Part shown: piece by piece, positions 58,250 to 64,000 of the stretch | Layout of the letters: each line of letters opens with the position of its first letter | Position numbering within the stretch: the first letter of the stretch is position 1 | Assembly (NCBI RefSeq): GCF_009914755.1 | Contig: NC_060932.1 | From: the human T2T-CHM13v2.0 reference genome, Homo sapiens | DNA length: 64,000 bases | Strand: one strand, 5' to 3' | Made by a program: the position numbers and the translations under genes | Notes under the pieces: model-generated | What the model saw: only the letters and a program-made list of their open reading frames with translations | What the model was told of the DNA's origin: nothing | Database searches by the model: none

Positions 58250-60428
58250 AATTTTTTTTCCAACTTTTTTTTTAGGTTCAATGGATACGTATGCAGCTTT
58301 GTTACATGAGTAAATTGCATGTCCCTTGGGTTTGGTCACCCAGGTAATCAGCATAGTACCTGAGAGGTAGTTTTTTATTTCTTACCCTCCTTCCACCCTC
58401 CATCATTAAATAGGCTCCAGTGCCTATTCTTTCCTTCTTTGTGTCCACGTGTACTCAATGTTTGGCTCCCACTTATAAATGAGAATGTTTTCTGTTCCTG
58501 CATTAATGTGCTTAGGATAATGGCCTCCAGCTCCATCCATGTTGCTGCAAAAGACATAATCTCACTTTTTTAATATCTGTGCAGTATTTCATGGTGTACG
58601 TGCACCACGTTTTCTTTATCCAATCCACCACAGATGGCCATCTAAGTTGATTCTATGTCTTTGCTATTGTGAATAGTGTTCTGATGAACATACATGGTAT
58701 GTGTCTTTATGGTAGAAAAATTTATATTCCTTTTGGTATATACCCAGTAATAGGATTTCTGAATCAAATGGTATTTCTATTGTAAGTTCTTTCAGAAGTC
58801 TCCAGACTGCTTTTCACAGTGGCTGAACCAATTTATCTTCCCACCAAAAGTGCATAAGTATTCCCCTTTCTCTGCAATCTCTTCAACATCTGTTGATTTT
58901 TGGCTTTTTAATAATAGTCTGACTGGTGTGAGATGGTGTCTCATTGTGGTTTTTATTTGCATTTACTTAATGATTTGTTTGTGTCATCCCTGATTTCTCT
59001 CAGCAGTGTTTTATAATGCTCATTGTAGCGATTTTTCACCTCCCTGATCAGCTGTATTCCAAGGTATTCTTTTTGTGTCCATTTTGAATGGGATTGTGTT
59101 TTTGATTTGGCTCTCAGCTTTGACATTATTTGTGTATAGAAATGTTACTAATTTTCATGCATTGATTTTTTTATCCTGAAACTTTGTTGAAGTTTATCAG
59201 ATCTAGGAAACTTTGAGAAGAGACTATGGGGTTTTCTATATATAGTATTATATCACCTGTGAATAAAGATAGTTTGACTTTCTCTCTTTCTATTTGGATG
59301 CCTTTTATTTCTTTCTCTTGCCTGGTTGCTCTGGCTATGACTTCTAGTACTATGCCGAATTGGAGTGTTGAGATTGGGCATCCTTGTCTTATTCTGTTTA
59401 TCAAAGGGAATGCTTCCAGCTTTTGCCCATTCAGTATGATGTTGGGCATCAGAATAATAAGATAGCTCTTATTATTTTTGATGTATATACCTTTGATGCC
59501 TAGTCTGTTGAGGGTTTTTGACATGAAAGGATGTTGAATTTTGTCGAAAGCTTTTTCTGCATTTATTGAGATGATCATGCGGTTTTTGTTCTGTGTATGT
59601 GATGATTAACATTTATTGATTTGTGTGTGTTGAACCAACCTTGCATCCCAGGGATAAAGCCTACTTGATTGTAGTGGATTAGCTTTTTAATATGCTGCTG
59701 GATTAGTTTACTAGTATTTTGTTGATGATTTTTGCATCTACGGTCATCAGGGATATTGGTCTGAAGTTTTCTTTTTTTATTGTGTCTCTGCCTGGCTTTG
59801 GTATCTGAGTAATGCTGGTCTCATAGGATGAGTTAGAGAGGAGTCTCTCCTTCTCAGTTTTTTGGAATAGTTTCAGTAGGATTGGTACCAGCTCTTCTTT
59901 GTATGTCTGGTAAAAATTTGGCTGTAAATCCCAGTGGCCCAGGATTTTTCTGGGTGTTAGGTTTTTTTTTACTTATTCAATTTCAGAACTTGTTACTGGT
60001 CTTTTTAGGGTTTCAATTTCTTCCTAGTTCAATCTTGGGAGGTTGTATGTTTCCCGGAATGTATCCATTTCTTCTAGGTTTTCTAGGTTGTGTGCATAGA
60101 GGTGTTTATAACAGTCTCTGAGGGTTTTAAAAAATTTATTTCTGTGGGGTCAATGGTAATGTTCCCTTTGTCATTTCTGATTGTGTTTATTTGGATCTTC
60201 TATTTCTTTATTAGTCTAGCTAGAGGTCTATCCATCTTATTTATTCTTTCAACGATCCAAGTTTTTGTTTTGTTGATCTTTTTTATGCCTTTTCTCATCT
60301 CCATTTTGTTCAATTCAGCTCTGATTTTGGTCATTTCTTTTCTTTTGCTACCTTTGGAGTTGGTTTGCTCTTATTTTTCAAATTCCTCTGTGTGTGATGT
60401 TATGTTGTTAGTGTGAGATCTTTTGACT
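58250..60428 (-). mobile_element. Older L1PA (about PA13-16-like) with a large internal deletion near 58975
   Basis: 3' UTR motif, then a jump from the ORF2 C-terminus to the RT region; ORF 59171..59578. Confidence 0.8.

Positions 60429-64000
<3,572 letters not shown>

Overview
Primate (very likely human) genomic DNA, repeat-rich, containing one complete protein-coding gene on the minus strand: SDR16C5 (epidermal retinol dehydrogenase 2, RDH-E2). Six coding exons (25483-25151, 21426-21295, 18142-18043, 15935-15791, 14837-14712, 10689-10596) join through canonical GT-AG sites into a 930-nt ORF (309 aa plus TAA) with all classical SDR motifs (TGxxxGxG, NNAG, YxxxK). A CpG island at about 28.65-29.5 kb holds the probable promoter and non-coding exon 1. 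The rest is interspersed repeats: about 19 Alu copies or fragments, MIR/L2, MaLR and MER4-type solo LTRs, a Tigger3-type MITE, a MER45-type hAT fossil and a block of nested L1s from about 36 to 64 kb. I found no evidence of a new gene family or novel biological system. The best leads are: an in-phase alternative last exon inside the 3' UTR; inverted Alus beside the skippable exon 3; three neighbouring L1PA copies sharing apparently private mutations; a twin-primed L1; and a deletion junction fusing two L1s. Repeat subfamily names and consensus comparisons are from memory and need RepeatMasker/Dfam confirmation.
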